From NCBI RefSeq assembly GCF_004010195.1, contig NC_057720.1, positions 15,404,196 to 15,452,272 of the forward strand: a stretch of DNA of 48,077 nt. Direction: 5' to 3'. Of the stretch, positions 11,713 to 22,764 are shown piece by piece. Each line of letters begins with the position of its first letter. Positions within the stretch are counted from its first letter, which is position 1. A model generated the notes under the pieces. That model did not search any database. It saw only the letters and a list, made by a program, of their open reading frames with translations, and had not been told where the DNA came from. A program made the translations under genes and the position numbers. Origin of the DNA: Chiloscyllium plagiosum. Taxonomy: Eukaryota.

Positions 11713-12883
11713 TGAGGGTGATGATAGTGTAGTGGCAGGGATGCTGGGCTAATAGTCTACTATGGGGAGGTGACAGCCTGGTGGTAATATCACTTGACCC
11801 AGGTAATGTTTTGGGGACCTGGATTCGAATCCTGCCATGGCAGATGGTGGAAGTTCAAATCAATAAAAGTCTAGAGTAAAGTGTCTAGTCATTATCATGA
11901 ATCAATTGTCAGAAAAGCCCATCTGATTCACTCGAGTGATACAGCAAGGAAACAGAGCCTTCGCCATGTTGAACACAATCCTAAACTAAACTAGTCCCAC
12001 CTGCCTGCACTTGGTCCATATTCCTCCAACCTCTTCCAGTTGATGTACTTATCCAAATGCCTTTTAAACATTGTCACTGTTCCCACATCCAGCACTTCCT
12101 CAGGAAGTTCATTCCACATGTGAACCACACTCTGTGTAAAAATATTGCCCCTCATGTCTTTTTTAAATCTCTCTCCTCTCACCTTAAAATGTGTTTCTTG
12201 GTCTTGAAATCCCCCATCATAGGGAAAAAAACAACTACCATTAACTCTATCTATACACCTCATTATTTTATAAACTTCTATCAGGTCGCCTTGCAACCTC
12301 CTCTGCTCCAGTGAAAAATGTCCCAGACCATCCAGCCTTTCTTTATAACTCAAACCTTCCATTCCCAGCAGCATACCAATAAAGCTCTCCTGAACCCTCT
12401 CCAGCTTAATATCCTACAACAGGGGGACCAGAACTGGACATAATATTCTGGAAGAAGCCTCACCAATGTCCCGTAAACCTCAACTTGACTTCCCAACTCT
12501 TATACTCAAAGGACTGTTCTTTAAGGTAGGGAAACAGCCATCTTTGCACATTACTCCAGACCATAACTTCCCTCTGGGTGATAATAGCTGGCATGGCCAG
12601 TGATACCCTCATCCAATGAATGAATTAAAAAAAAACACTAGCTTAATGCTCTGGAGACTTTGGTTCAAATTTGGTAAACCATCATTAATTGGCATAAAAG
12701 CCCACCTGCTTCCAAATGCCTTTTAGGATATTGGATGTCCCATCCTTGTTTTGTCAAATGTCATTCCAGATCCACAGTGGTATGGTTGACTCTTAAATGA
12801 CCCAGCAAGCAGCTCAGTTCAAGGCAAAACGAGATTGGCAATAAATACTGTCCTTGCTTGTGATGCCCACATCCCATTGAAGA
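11713..12883 (+). mobile_element. Nested pair of second-family tRNA-SINEs (outer 11713-11762 + 12637-12883; inner 11763-11932 + 12513-12636)
   Basis: Two heads, two cores and two tails (catccaatgaatgaattaaaaa; gcccacatcccattgaa) in nested order. Confidence 0.7.
11935..12512 (-). mobile_element. CR1 LINE 3' fragment inserted in the inner SINE
   Basis: ORF 11991-12374 LSYKERL...FSLEQRRLQGDLIEVYKIM...WNELPEEV...FKRHLDKY. Confidence 0.92.
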
Positions 12884-13409
12884 AGCTAACAACACAGCAG
12901 GGAGATTGTTTGCACAGCCATGGGTTTGATTTACCATCCAGATGAAAAGCCACGCGAGACACCCTTGGGTTTGGTTGCTGCTCTCCTCGCCTTCGGAAAG
13001 CTAGGCACGGGGCAGTTAAGCTGGGAAAAATTTCAGCCACGCCGTTTAAATTGTAGCACTGGGCACGGCAGTAAGACCCTCCTTCAATTTGATGCCTGGT
13101 CTGCCAATTTTTGTTTTATCTGAAGTCTGAACAGGAGCAGAGAAGATCAGCAAAAATAACCCCTCAATGTTTGGTTTTAACCATTTCCCTAGGGACCAAG
13201 TGGACTGCGACTACTCACTCCTGGTTTCACCAGGAAATTGTGCCCCATAGAAACACAAAACGTTGGAGCAGGAATAGGGCATACAGCTCTTCAAGCCTAC
13301 TCCACCATTCAGTATGATCGTCCAATTCAATTCCCTGTTCCCTCTTTCTCTCCCCATATCCAATAGAAGCATAGAGCAGTTGAGGACTCTGGGTGTGTAC
13401 TTGCTACAG

Positions 13410-13806
13410 TTTAGATGATGAGGAGAGTGGATGTGATGGAAATTTGCAGAATATTAAGAGGCCTGGGTTGAGTGGATGTGGAGAAGATATTTACACCAGT
13501 AGGAGAGACTAGGACCTGTAGGCACGGCCTCAGACAGAAAGGATGACTGTTTAGAACTGAGATGAGGAGGAATTTCTTCAGCCAGAGGATGATGACTCGG
13601 TGGAACTCATTGACACAGAAGGCTCTGGAGGCCAAATGACTGAGTATATTTCAGACAGAGATAGATGGGTTCCTGATGAGTAACAAGGGTTACAGGGAGA
13701 AGACAGGAGAATGGGGTTGAGAAACTCATCCACCTTGATCGAATGGCAGAGCAGACTCGATGAGCTGACTGGCCAAATTCTGTTCCCCCGTCTAATGATC
13801 TTATGG
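13410..13806 (+). mobile_element. CR1 LINE 3' fragment (different subfamily)
   Basis: Encodes FRTEMRRNFFSQRMMTRWNSL-like sequence, then a CR1 tail; short antisense CR1 tails flank it at ~13246-13360 and ~13808-13870. Confidence 0.82.
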
Positions 13807-15039
13807 TGAAATAGGTGCAGGAGTAGCCAGTTTATCCCTTTGAGCCTGTTCTGCCTTGGATAGCCTCACCTGACCTGGTTGTGAAAGGATTATACTCAAT
13901 ATGTAGCTACTCAGCGTCCTGACCATTTGGTGAGAAATTCGGTAAGGAATGTTCTCATGAGGCCTGCCTGCTGCTAGTCCTAATGGGCAGCTAGTTGCTT
14001 TGCTCAGGAGTCATAAGTGAACCTGTATCTCTTTAATCTGTTACAGCAGTAGATACTCACCTATTGTCACCAAGAGCACGACCTCAGCCTCAGATAGTAG
14101 TGACTTGCAACAGGAAGAGACTGGAAACAACAGGGTTTGGGGAGGGGGCAGTCAATTAGATGCTGCTGTTCCACAATTGTACCAAGGTACAAATTTATCT
14201 CCTTTTGGTTGTTTCATTACGTATTGAGTGGTCTGGAAGAGCTGAAAGCACAAACCATACAAGAGACAGATGTGCCAGGATCACATTGTACAGGAGAGAT
14301 GTATCCCATTAATAGTGATGTAAGGTTCTAAAAGCTGGGGAGGGCTTTTGTAAAGCACATTGTCACAAAACACTTCTTGCTGTACACTCACTAGTCACAC
14401 CGAATATAGTAAGATCCCACAAACATCTCTGATGGTGGGATAAGCAGGCCTCGGTGATGTTTGCTTGAGCAAGGTACAATGGTTAGAACGTGAAGGTTTC
14501 TGGCTTTCAGTTACTGACTGATGTTCAATGTCCCATCTCTGCAGCTGGAAGGCCTCTGTGGATAGGAGCAGAAACCCCATTTAAATCTGGGTGGTGAGCA
14601 ACAGGGCACTCAGAATTCTCCCAATGTCTTTTGTTAAATGAGCTTGAATTTCGGGAGACTGTCGGCGAAGTAAATTGAGGTCGGGGTGTGTCGGGCTTCC
14701 AGAGGGTGGGGTGGGAGACAGGAAGGTCACAATTTAGTTTTGCGATCATTCAGCATGTGCTTTTGATGAGCCTCTTCTGTTCTACCAGCCAATCATCATT
14801 GAACAAGCCTTGAGCAGTTCCTTCTTGAAATGGGAATCGGGATTCTATCGAAGTCTCACTCCATCAGTTTCTTTTTTACGATGCATCTAGTGCTTTGGAC
14901 AGCTGGTATTTTTCAAGATGAAGTTGTACGTGCTAGCTGGGCAGAAAAGTTTAAAAACTCAAATCAAACCTTCGGGAAACATCTTACCCATTTGAATAAT
15001 GCCAAGGGTGTTTCTTAAAATCACATCAACAAAACCTTG

Positions 15040-15207
15040 ATGGATCTCATCAGAAAGGTGACATCTCTGACAAATCAGCAGTCTCTCACTAGAACGCTGA
15101 AGTGTCCCTCAATTCTGAATTAATGTGCTCAAGTGCTGGAGTAGAGAATGAACCTGTGACCTTGTGACTGAATGGCAAGAGTGCTACCAACTGAGCCAAG
15201 TTAACAC
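15040..15207 (-). mobile_element. Deu-domain SINE (SacSINE1-like) 5' fragment
   Basis: tctcatcagaaagg resembles the reverse-complemented Deu core; tRNA-like head gagtgctaccaactgagcca; related to 45097-45338. Confidence 0.6.
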
Positions 15208-15502
15208 TACATATATATTAGAACAAGCTGTTCATCCTGGCTCTCTCAACATAGCACGGTGTTATGTGTTTTACATATGTACTCTATGAACTGTGTTGGA
15301 CGAGCAAAGGGTGATGCTGTAAAAGACCTGGGGTGTTAAAGGATGATTCAGCACATCATGTCCAGTTACTGTGGAGCTTTCAACAAAAGAAGGAGAAGGC
15401 TGAATTATATTCACTAAATCTGGAGAGCATAAGGAAGAGGAAGTTAGACTGAAACTGTACATTGCTCCAGTTGAGAAATCTGCATTCCTTCATCTCTGCA
15501 TG

Positions 15503-15712
15503 TTTGAGCATTCCCACATCCTTTAACCCTCTGGCCTGGAGCACCCTCCTTCAAACTCTTCAGCTCTCTACTTCTCTGTCCTTTACTTTAACTCTGGTGT
15601 GATGGTTCTTCCCGCAGCTTAGTGGTAAATTTCTATCAGATTATGCTGCTGAAAAGCACCTTGGGGATGGTTCATTCTATCAAAGGTGCTAGGTAAATGC
15701 AAGTTGCTATTG
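15503..15712 (+). mobile_element. L2 LINE 3' tail
   Basis: gaaaagcaccttgggga...aaaggtgcta.gtaaatgcaagttg, as at 17350-17407. Confidence 0.65.
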
Positions 15713-15719
15713 TACCTTG

Positions 15720-16205
15720 ATTGCAGCGTCCATTTTTGGTCACCATTATACAAGAGAGACGCTTAGACGTTAGAGGCAGGGTTGAGAAAAGCTTCAAGGC
15801 TGAGTCCTAATTTCAAAGGATCAAAGTAGGAAGATTGAAGTCTTGAAATATTGAAGAAGCTTGGGCACTTCAGTCTTGAAAGGTGCTAAATGAAAGGGAT
15901 CTTGTCAATGTTTGTAAGATCTTTAAAGAGGATAGAAAAGATAAATATGCAGTACAACCTCAAGGCATGCTCTGAAAGTATGACAAAAGGGTATGGATTC
16001 AAACTGGTGAAAATTAAATTTAGGATCAATAGTACTTGTTCTTCACAAAAATGGTGATCAAGGCTTGGAATGTATAACTGGGTAGAAAAGTAGTGGGGGG
16101 AGGGGGAGGTCAAAGCCAAGGAGTCATTTAGAAGGGCACTGGATGCTGTGATGGTTTTAGGCCTGTAGGCTGACTAAGCTAAGATCAACTAAATGGGTTA
16201 CCCCT
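15720..16205 (+). mobile_element. Highly decayed CR1 fragment
   Basis: Remnants of VQFWSP, SLERxxLRGDL and FFxQxVxxxWN motifs. Confidence 0.65.
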
Positions 16206-16936
16206 TCCATATTTATTTTGTTATTTTTAAATACTGGCTTGGATTTTCCATTTGTGTTTACCCACCTATTAAATCTCTAGCTGCAGAACGCCAAAGGGAT
16301 AAAATCTCAGGCATTGCGCGTGAGGAACAGAATAAAGAAATTGTGATGGTGGAGAAGCCAACTGTTTGGATTTCACTTCATGAAGGAAAGATTCTGTCAA
16401 ATGGCACTTTTGATTTGGTCGACTGCATTTAAAGTGAAAACAAAACTACTTTCAGTTTAAAGATGATTTTTCATTGTACATTCTGTGATCACACCCACAA
16501 GACCTTTGAACACTGCATGAAAGATGATATTTTCTCATATCTTCATAATTAATTCCACCTTCTAGAATAAATTTCAGCTAGTATGGAAGGCCACCATTCC
16601 CTTTACATTCTCCAACATAATCACTTCACTTACTGGGTAAAACAGAAACCCATTCGTTATACCTCCCTCTGATTCGAAACACTCTGCTTCCGTAAGGTGT
16701 CAGAAAACCATAAAATAATGAAACTAGTCCAACTGGAGATTGTTCAGTAGCTCATCTTCTTGTTATATCTTCAGCTAGATGACCTGGGTCAAATATCAAG
16801 GCTCACTTTCCTCCAGAGCTCTTTGCCAACATTGGATGAAATTGCCTCATGCTAACACATACAAGAGTGGAAATCATTGCCGTCAGCTTAGTGAAAACAA
16901 CATTTCACTGGCTGAACAACATCTCATTAATGCACC

Positions 16937-17150
16937 AACAGAAATTGCTGGAAAAACTCAGCAGGTCTAGCAGCATCTGTGGAGAGAAAGCAGAATTAAT
17001 GTTTCGGGACCAGTGACTCTTCTTTGGAAATTCTCCTGAAATGTTAAGTCTACTTTCTCTCCGCAGATGCTGCTAGACCTGCTGAGTTTTTCCAGCAATT
17101 TCTGGTTTTGTTTCTGATTTCCAGCATCGGCAATTCGTTTGGTTTTTTTA
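16937..17150. mobile_element. PLE-derived fold-back element (family C)
   Basis: About 71-bp inverted arms at 16939-17009 and 17034-17104 around a hammerhead remnant. Confidence 0.85.
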
Positions 17151-17407
17151 CATCACTTCACCATCGGTAACTGTGTCTTCAGCTGCCTCAGTTCTAAGCT
17201 CAGGAATTCCTTCCCTACACCTCTCTGCCTTTCTACCGTTCCCTCCTCCTTTCTGATTTTCCACTATGTCTTTAACCAAGCTCTTGGCTGCCTGTCCTGA
17301 TATCTTCTAACGTGGCTTAGCTGTTAAAGTTTGTTTAATAATGCACTTGTGAAGTATTCTTGAGACATTTAATTGGTCGTAGATAAATGCAAGTCAAGTC
17401 ATTGTTG
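17151..17407 (+). mobile_element. L2 LINE 3' region
   Basis: gtcttcagctgcc..g..ctaagctc.ggaattcc and an agataaatgcaagt terminus. Confidence 0.65.
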
Positions 17408-17863
17408 GGTGAAAGCATGAGGGCATCGTCGAGGGGGACCAGGCGGTGACTCGTGGTGAGCTGCTGCGGTGGTGAGTTTGGGCCCAGTGTGAGACCTGAA
17501 GGCATCAACAGTAGCTGCATTGACAAGATAGGCCCAAAGCAGACTCACAGAGGTGAGTTTGGGCTGGTTGATACCTAGTGGCATCCGCGTTGGAGAGTGG
17601 TGAGGGCATTGGTGGAGGCGAGATAGTGCCACAGAGCAGTGGTGGTGTGGCGAAGAGACCTCGTATCTGGCCAGCAGACGCATGGGCTATGGCGAGCACT
17701 TTAAAGAAGGACCGTAAGGTTGCACACTTTCTTTAATTTTCTGCCTTCATATTTCTATGGTTCCGTTAATTTTTCTGTGTTTTAAGATGGCAGCAGAAAG
17801 TGACAATGCTATACAACTCAAAATACAACTGTGTTCTGTACACGTGACAAGAAATGAATCAAA
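17408..17863 (+). mobile_element. GC-rich non-autonomous retroelement with a Rex1-type tail
   Basis: GC-rich body with ggtgagtttgggc repeated at 17471 and 17552; ends gtacacgtgacaagaaatgaatcaaa, like the terminus at 7397-7450. Confidence 0.5.
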
Positions 17864-17864
17864 A

Positions 17865-18725
17865 GAACAGCCAGAAAGGAGGCCTGGCAGCAGTTATGGA
17901 GAAAGAGTTAATATTTCAAGGCAAAATTGACTTTTCTTTCAAACTGAAGAGACGTAGGAATGTGGGTTTAAAGCTGTTCAGAATAGTGGAGGGGCAAGTG
18001 GGATGAAAGGGAAGGTCAGGAAAAGGTTCAAGGGTGAGGGAGTTTAGAGATCAAAGGTGACATTGAACAAAAGGGGCGGCATGTTGGTTCAGTGGTTAGC
18101 CCGGCTGCCTCACAGCGCCAGGGTCCCAGGCTCAATTCCAGCCTCGGGTGACTGTCTGTGTGGAGTTTGCACATTCTTCCTGTGTCTGTGTGGGTTTCCT
18201 CCCACAGTCCAAAGAATGTGCAGGTCAGGTGAATTGGCCATGACAAATTGCCCATAGTGTCAGGTGCATTAGTGGGACGGAAATGGTTCTGGATGGGTTA
18301 CTCTTTGGAGGGTCGGTGTGGACTGGTTGGGCCGAAGGGCCTGTTTCCACACTGTACGGAATCTAATGTAAAACAAGGCAAAGGAAATGGTAATGGCTGT
18401 CGAGGGAAAAAATAAAGTGTTAATAGCAGAATCAAAGTCAGCTCCTACTGAAAGCCACACATGAAAGCAAGATAGAGATAGGAAAACAATAGTAAACTGA
18501 AGGACAAAGTTTGTGGTCTGACCGTTGATTCGATTTGAAGATGAGTTTCAATTTTTGAATCCACAAGGCTAATCGTTTTTTTATTCCTGTGCCTAAATGG
18601 AAAATGATGTGCTGTTCCTCCAGCTTGTATTGGGCATCACTGGAACACTGCGATAGGCCATGAACAGAAATGTTAGTTTGACAGCAACAAGGTGCATTGA
18701 GATGGCAAGTGAGCTGAAAACCAGG
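17865..18725 (-). mobile_element. Old Penelope-like element remnant split by HE1
   Basis: Family C-like terminus at ~17865-17950, purine-rich UTR, and tgctgttcctccagcttg resembling the endonuclease C-terminal region at 47640-47660. Confidence 0.55.
18074..18367 (+). mobile_element. HE1 SINE
   Basis: gggcggcatg..ggttcagtggttag head, V-domain, gggccgaagggcctgtttccacactgta tail. Confidence 0.92.
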
Positions 18726-20117
18726 AATGAGTTATTATTATTCCCAAGTCAAGAATAAATATTTTGAGTATTAGTTCATTTTCAACAGCAAATGTAATCA
18801 TGCTGTAACTATTGGTTAAGACAGTAAAATGCTGGTTCACTGTTGTTCAGTGCTTTTATACAAATGTTTTTCAATTCTTTACTGGGCAATGTTCGGTCCC
18901 ACTGCAATTCATTTGCATTGGCTACACTTTCATACACAGATTTGTTAAGAAAATATTGAATATCTACAAATCCAATTGGAGTGTTCCAAGGTACATGGGA
19001 CACTGATACTGCTCCAAAGAATTTGTTGCTTCCAATCAATTTTTTACAATCTGTTATCGTACTGCATCCCGTAATCCTGAGTCTCTTTTAGTTTCCCCAA
19101 GGCAAGACTTGCATCTCTTATGCAATTCTAGACTCTGGCCTTCAGCAAACTCATCTGCTCAAAGCTGGGCAGCAGTACCTGGTTGAGTATTCTCTGTCTG
19201 CTGAAGGAATCATTAAAAATTGAGAGACTACACTTCTGTGAGACCAGTTTGGTGGCTTTCGTTTTTTTTTGTGATCTTTGCTGGTTCCTTTGCATCATTC
19301 CAAAGCTCTTGCATGCAGTTGTCTGCCGTCCCACCAACATTGCTAAAGATGAGTATTTGTTTCTTAACTCGCAATTACTTCCAACTCACTTAATCTGCAT
19401 TGATGAATAAATGAATAGTGCAAAGAGATATACAGTAACCTACAGCTTTGTGAAACAAAGAGAAAATCTCTTTGTTTCACAAAGGGAAGGTGCGAACCTT
19501 TCCCGTCCGTCGTGCAAAATAGTTCAGACACCAACGACACGGTTTGTTTTCTCCTTCTGAATTTTCATAGCTCCATCCGTGCGATTTTGTGGCAGTAAAA
19601 AATGCAGGAAATATAGAATTCGCAGCCACGCTTGGCATGTAGTGCCATCTCACTGAATGAGTGAACCACCTAAGGAACCAATTGAAGTGGGTGCGAGGGG
19701 AGCATGTGATATTAATCAGACACAGCTGAGATTGCTGCCACCTCTCGCCCCGCACAGCTCACCAGGAAACCAATTAAAACCTTTAAAACACAAGTCACAG
19801 CATTGCTCCTGCCAACGCGACAGGCTTCCCATTTATACAGCAGGTCGCTGGTTAAATGTGTGCTGCAGCCTGAGTTCACACTCTCGTTACGTTGGAACTA
19901 ATGAAAAGATGCATGAAAGTGAGTACCTAAGGCCGCCCTAAGAAGTGTGTGTATAATGATTTTCCTTTTACATCAAAAAATCATTCCATGTCGCTGAAAA
20001 CACATAACTCTTTAATAACCCTCACAGCTTTCCTTTTTTGTTTAAGTGCTGTTTTTGGTTTCCCTTCAGTGAAATATAGGGGGTGGGGTGGAGTGGCAGG
20101 TATTTGTGATATTATGG

Positions 20118-20432
20118 CATTTTGTTTGTTTCTTCACAACATAAGGGCATCATTGGCTAGGCCAGTGTTTATAGTCCATCCCAGCAGGCTGTTAAAGAGT
20201 CATCTGTAGTCCAGCCCAGGCAAGGATGCTAGTTTCCATCCCTAAAAGAGCTCAGTGAATCAGATGGGTTTTTCCTGGCAATCAGAAATGGTTTCATGGT
20301 CATTATTAGACTCTTAATTCCAGACTTGTATGGAATTCAAATTCCATCATCTGCCATGGCGGGATTTGAATCCCAATCCCCAGAACACTACCTGGGTCTC
20401 TGGATTAACAGTCTAATGATAATACCAACAGA
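20118..20432 (-). mobile_element. tRNA-derived SINE, second family
   Basis: Reverse complement of 23318-23671 (ttagactcttaattccaga, ccatctgccatggcgggatttgaa). Confidence 0.82.
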
Positions 20433-20656
20433 CCATTAAATTGGTCAAAGTTGGTGGGATTTCTAGAGGCTTTTCCCCATAAGGTGTTTCTTGCCTATTG
20501 CACATGTTCTTGCTCATCTTATTTAGTTGCCAGAGCCTTTGAAAGAAAGAATGGCTTGCTTTTATGTAGTGCCTTCTATGAATATCAGATAATTGGTAAA
20601 GCATATTCACATGAGGCTGCAGATAAACAGAAATTTATCACACATTGTTATTTTAG

Positions 20657-20905
20657 GGAAAGGTGATGGTGTAATGATAATGTCACTGGACCAGTAACCC
20701 AGAATCACAGGCTAATGTTCTGGGTCATATGTTTAAATCTCACTATGGAAGGTGGTGAAAATTGAATTCAATAAAAATCTAGCCTCATGAACATCACGTG
20801 ACCACTGTCCATTGTTATGAAAACCCCTCCTTCAGTGGAGGAAATTTTCCATCTTTTCCTGATTTACGTGGACATTGTGGTTGACTCTTTACTGGGCAAT
20901 AAGGG
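20657..20905 (+). mobile_element. tRNA-derived SINE, second family; tail probably continues at ~21648-21695
   Basis: Head aatgtcactggaccagtaacccaga, aattgaattcaataaaaatct, tgtggttgactctt...gggcaat. Confidence 0.72.
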
Positions 20906-20910
20906 AACAA

Positions 20911-21647
20911 GATTCTGGATTAGTGGTGCTGGAAGAGCACAGCAGTTCAGGCAGCATCCAAGGAGCAGCGAAATTGATGTTTTGGGCAAAAGTCCTTCAT
21001 CAGGAATAAAGGCAGAGAGCCTGAAGCGTGGAGAGATAAGCTAGGGGAGGGGGGGGGTGGGGAGAGAGTAGCATAGAGTACAATGGGTNNNNNNNNNNNN
21101 NNNNNNNNNNNNNNNNNNNNNNNNNNNNNNNNNNNNNNNNNNNNNNNNNNNNNNNNNNNNNNNNNNNNNNNNNNNNNNNNNNNNNNNNNNNNNNNNNNNN
21201 NNNNNNNNNNNNNNNNNNNNNNNNNNNNNNNNNNNNNNNNNNNNNNNNNNNNNNNNNNNNNNNNNNNNNNNNNNNNNNNNNNNNNNNNNNNNNNNNNNNN
21301 NNNNNNNNNNNNNNNNNNNNNNNNNNNNNNNNNNNNNNNNNNNNNNNNNNNNNNNNNNNNNNNNNNNNNNNNNNNNNNNNNNNNNNNNNNNNNNNNNNNN
21401 NNNNNNNNNNNNNNNNNNNNNNNNNNNNNNNNNNNNNNNNNNNNNGAGGAAATGACCTGGGAGTTGCAGTGAGAGAGAGACTCCCTGAGATTCTTGTAGA
21501 GAGAGGAGGAAAACTTCTTCAAGGCAGGCATCCTTGCAAGAGGATTCGCAGTAGGGTTAAAATCAACGAGGTAAAAACAATGACTGCAGATGCTGGAAAC
21601 CAGATTCTGGAGTAATGGTGCTGGAAAAGCACAACAGTTCAGGCAAC
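20911..21647 (-). mobile_element. Young Penelope-like element with direct terminal repeats, interior in an assembly gap
   Basis: gattctgga.ta.tggtgctggaa.agcac..cagttcaggca at both 20911-20953 and 21603-21645; hammerhead remnant at 20972-21007. Confidence 0.8.
21089..21445. other. Assembly gap
   Basis: Run of N. Confidence 1.
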
Positions 21648-21949
21648 AGTACTGGTCCTAGTCAATATGGCCCACACTTCCCTGAACAAAGCAGAAGAGC
21701 AGCAGCCAATTTGTACTCAACAGGAATCATTCTCTCTATATCCATCCGATAAAATATTTTGTAGTGTTGAAGTTATTCGTAGTGCACCCCTCGGCCTCTT
21801 CTGGATAGGAGAAAGATCTAGCCTGATATCCCTATAATTTCTGGTAAGTTCCATTTACATTCTCTTCAGTGCCACTATATTCTTTTACAATATGGCAACT
21901 AGATGTGCATCCAGGTCCCTTAGTGTGATCCAACCTAAGTCTAAAAGAG

Positions 21950-22155
21950 AGCCAAAAGAACTATGGATGCTGGAAATCCAAAACAAAAACCCAAACTGCT
22001 GGAAAATCTCAGCAGGTCTGGTAGCACCTGTGGAGAGAAATCAGTGATAATGTTTGGGTTTGAGTGACCCTTTGTCAGAGTTCTGATTAACTCTGATTTC
22101 TCTCCACTGATGCTGCCAGACCTGCTGAGATTTTGCGGTGATTTCTGTTTTTGTT
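21950..22155. mobile_element. PLE-derived fold-back element (family C) inside a decayed antisense CR1
   Basis: aaaatctcagcaggtctgg.agca.ctgtggagagaaatcag (~22003-22044) is inverted at ~22093-22134. Confidence 0.8.
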
Positions 22156-22224
22156 GTTGTTAAAGTCGAATAGAGGTTTAGCCTAAAATCTCTACCTTTT
22201 AATTCTATCATTCTAGAAATGAAG

Positions 22225-22360
22225 GTAAAAACAATGACTGCAGATGCTGGAAACCAGATTCTGGATTAGTGCTGCTGGAAGAGCACAGCAGTTCAGGCAG
22301 ATTTAACTACTCCTCAGATGCTGCCTGAACTGCTGTGCTCTTCCAGCACCACTAATCCAG
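22225..22360. mobile_element. PLE-derived fold-back element (family A) with a 15-bp TSD
   Basis: 40-bp arms at 22261-22300 and 22321-22360 (1 mismatch); attctagaaatgaag at both 22210-22224 and 22361-22375. Confidence 0.9.
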
Positions 22361-22764
22361 ATTCTAGAAATGAAGCCGTGTGTTTGGTTTGCTTTTTATG
22401 ACCTTGCTAACCTTTGGCACATCTCTCTAGTATTACTTGCACTATTATCCTATCTATCCCTTAATGATCCTATTCCTTTCCCAATGATCATTTCTCATAG
22501 ATTTTCCTGTAAAATATTTTACAAGTTTGTTTTATGTTACTTGATAATTTAAATGGTCTTTATCATCTGAATTACATTGTAAATTTATTTCCTATTCTGT
22601 CTTATCATGCATTCCTCTGGTCTCTACTTAATGTTGTACCTTTCCATCCATTCAAAGACATCCTACAGCACCATCACTTATCCCTTATCTCCATTCACTT
22701 ATTTGTAATCCTGTTTGGTTGCAATTTTCCAACCAAAATATTACAACTTGGATGCTACCTGAAC

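Noticed and set aside
20947..21531. Long ORFs spanning N runs (also 27527-28346 and 41431-41973)
   Set aside because: Their length is an artefact of translating assembly gaps.
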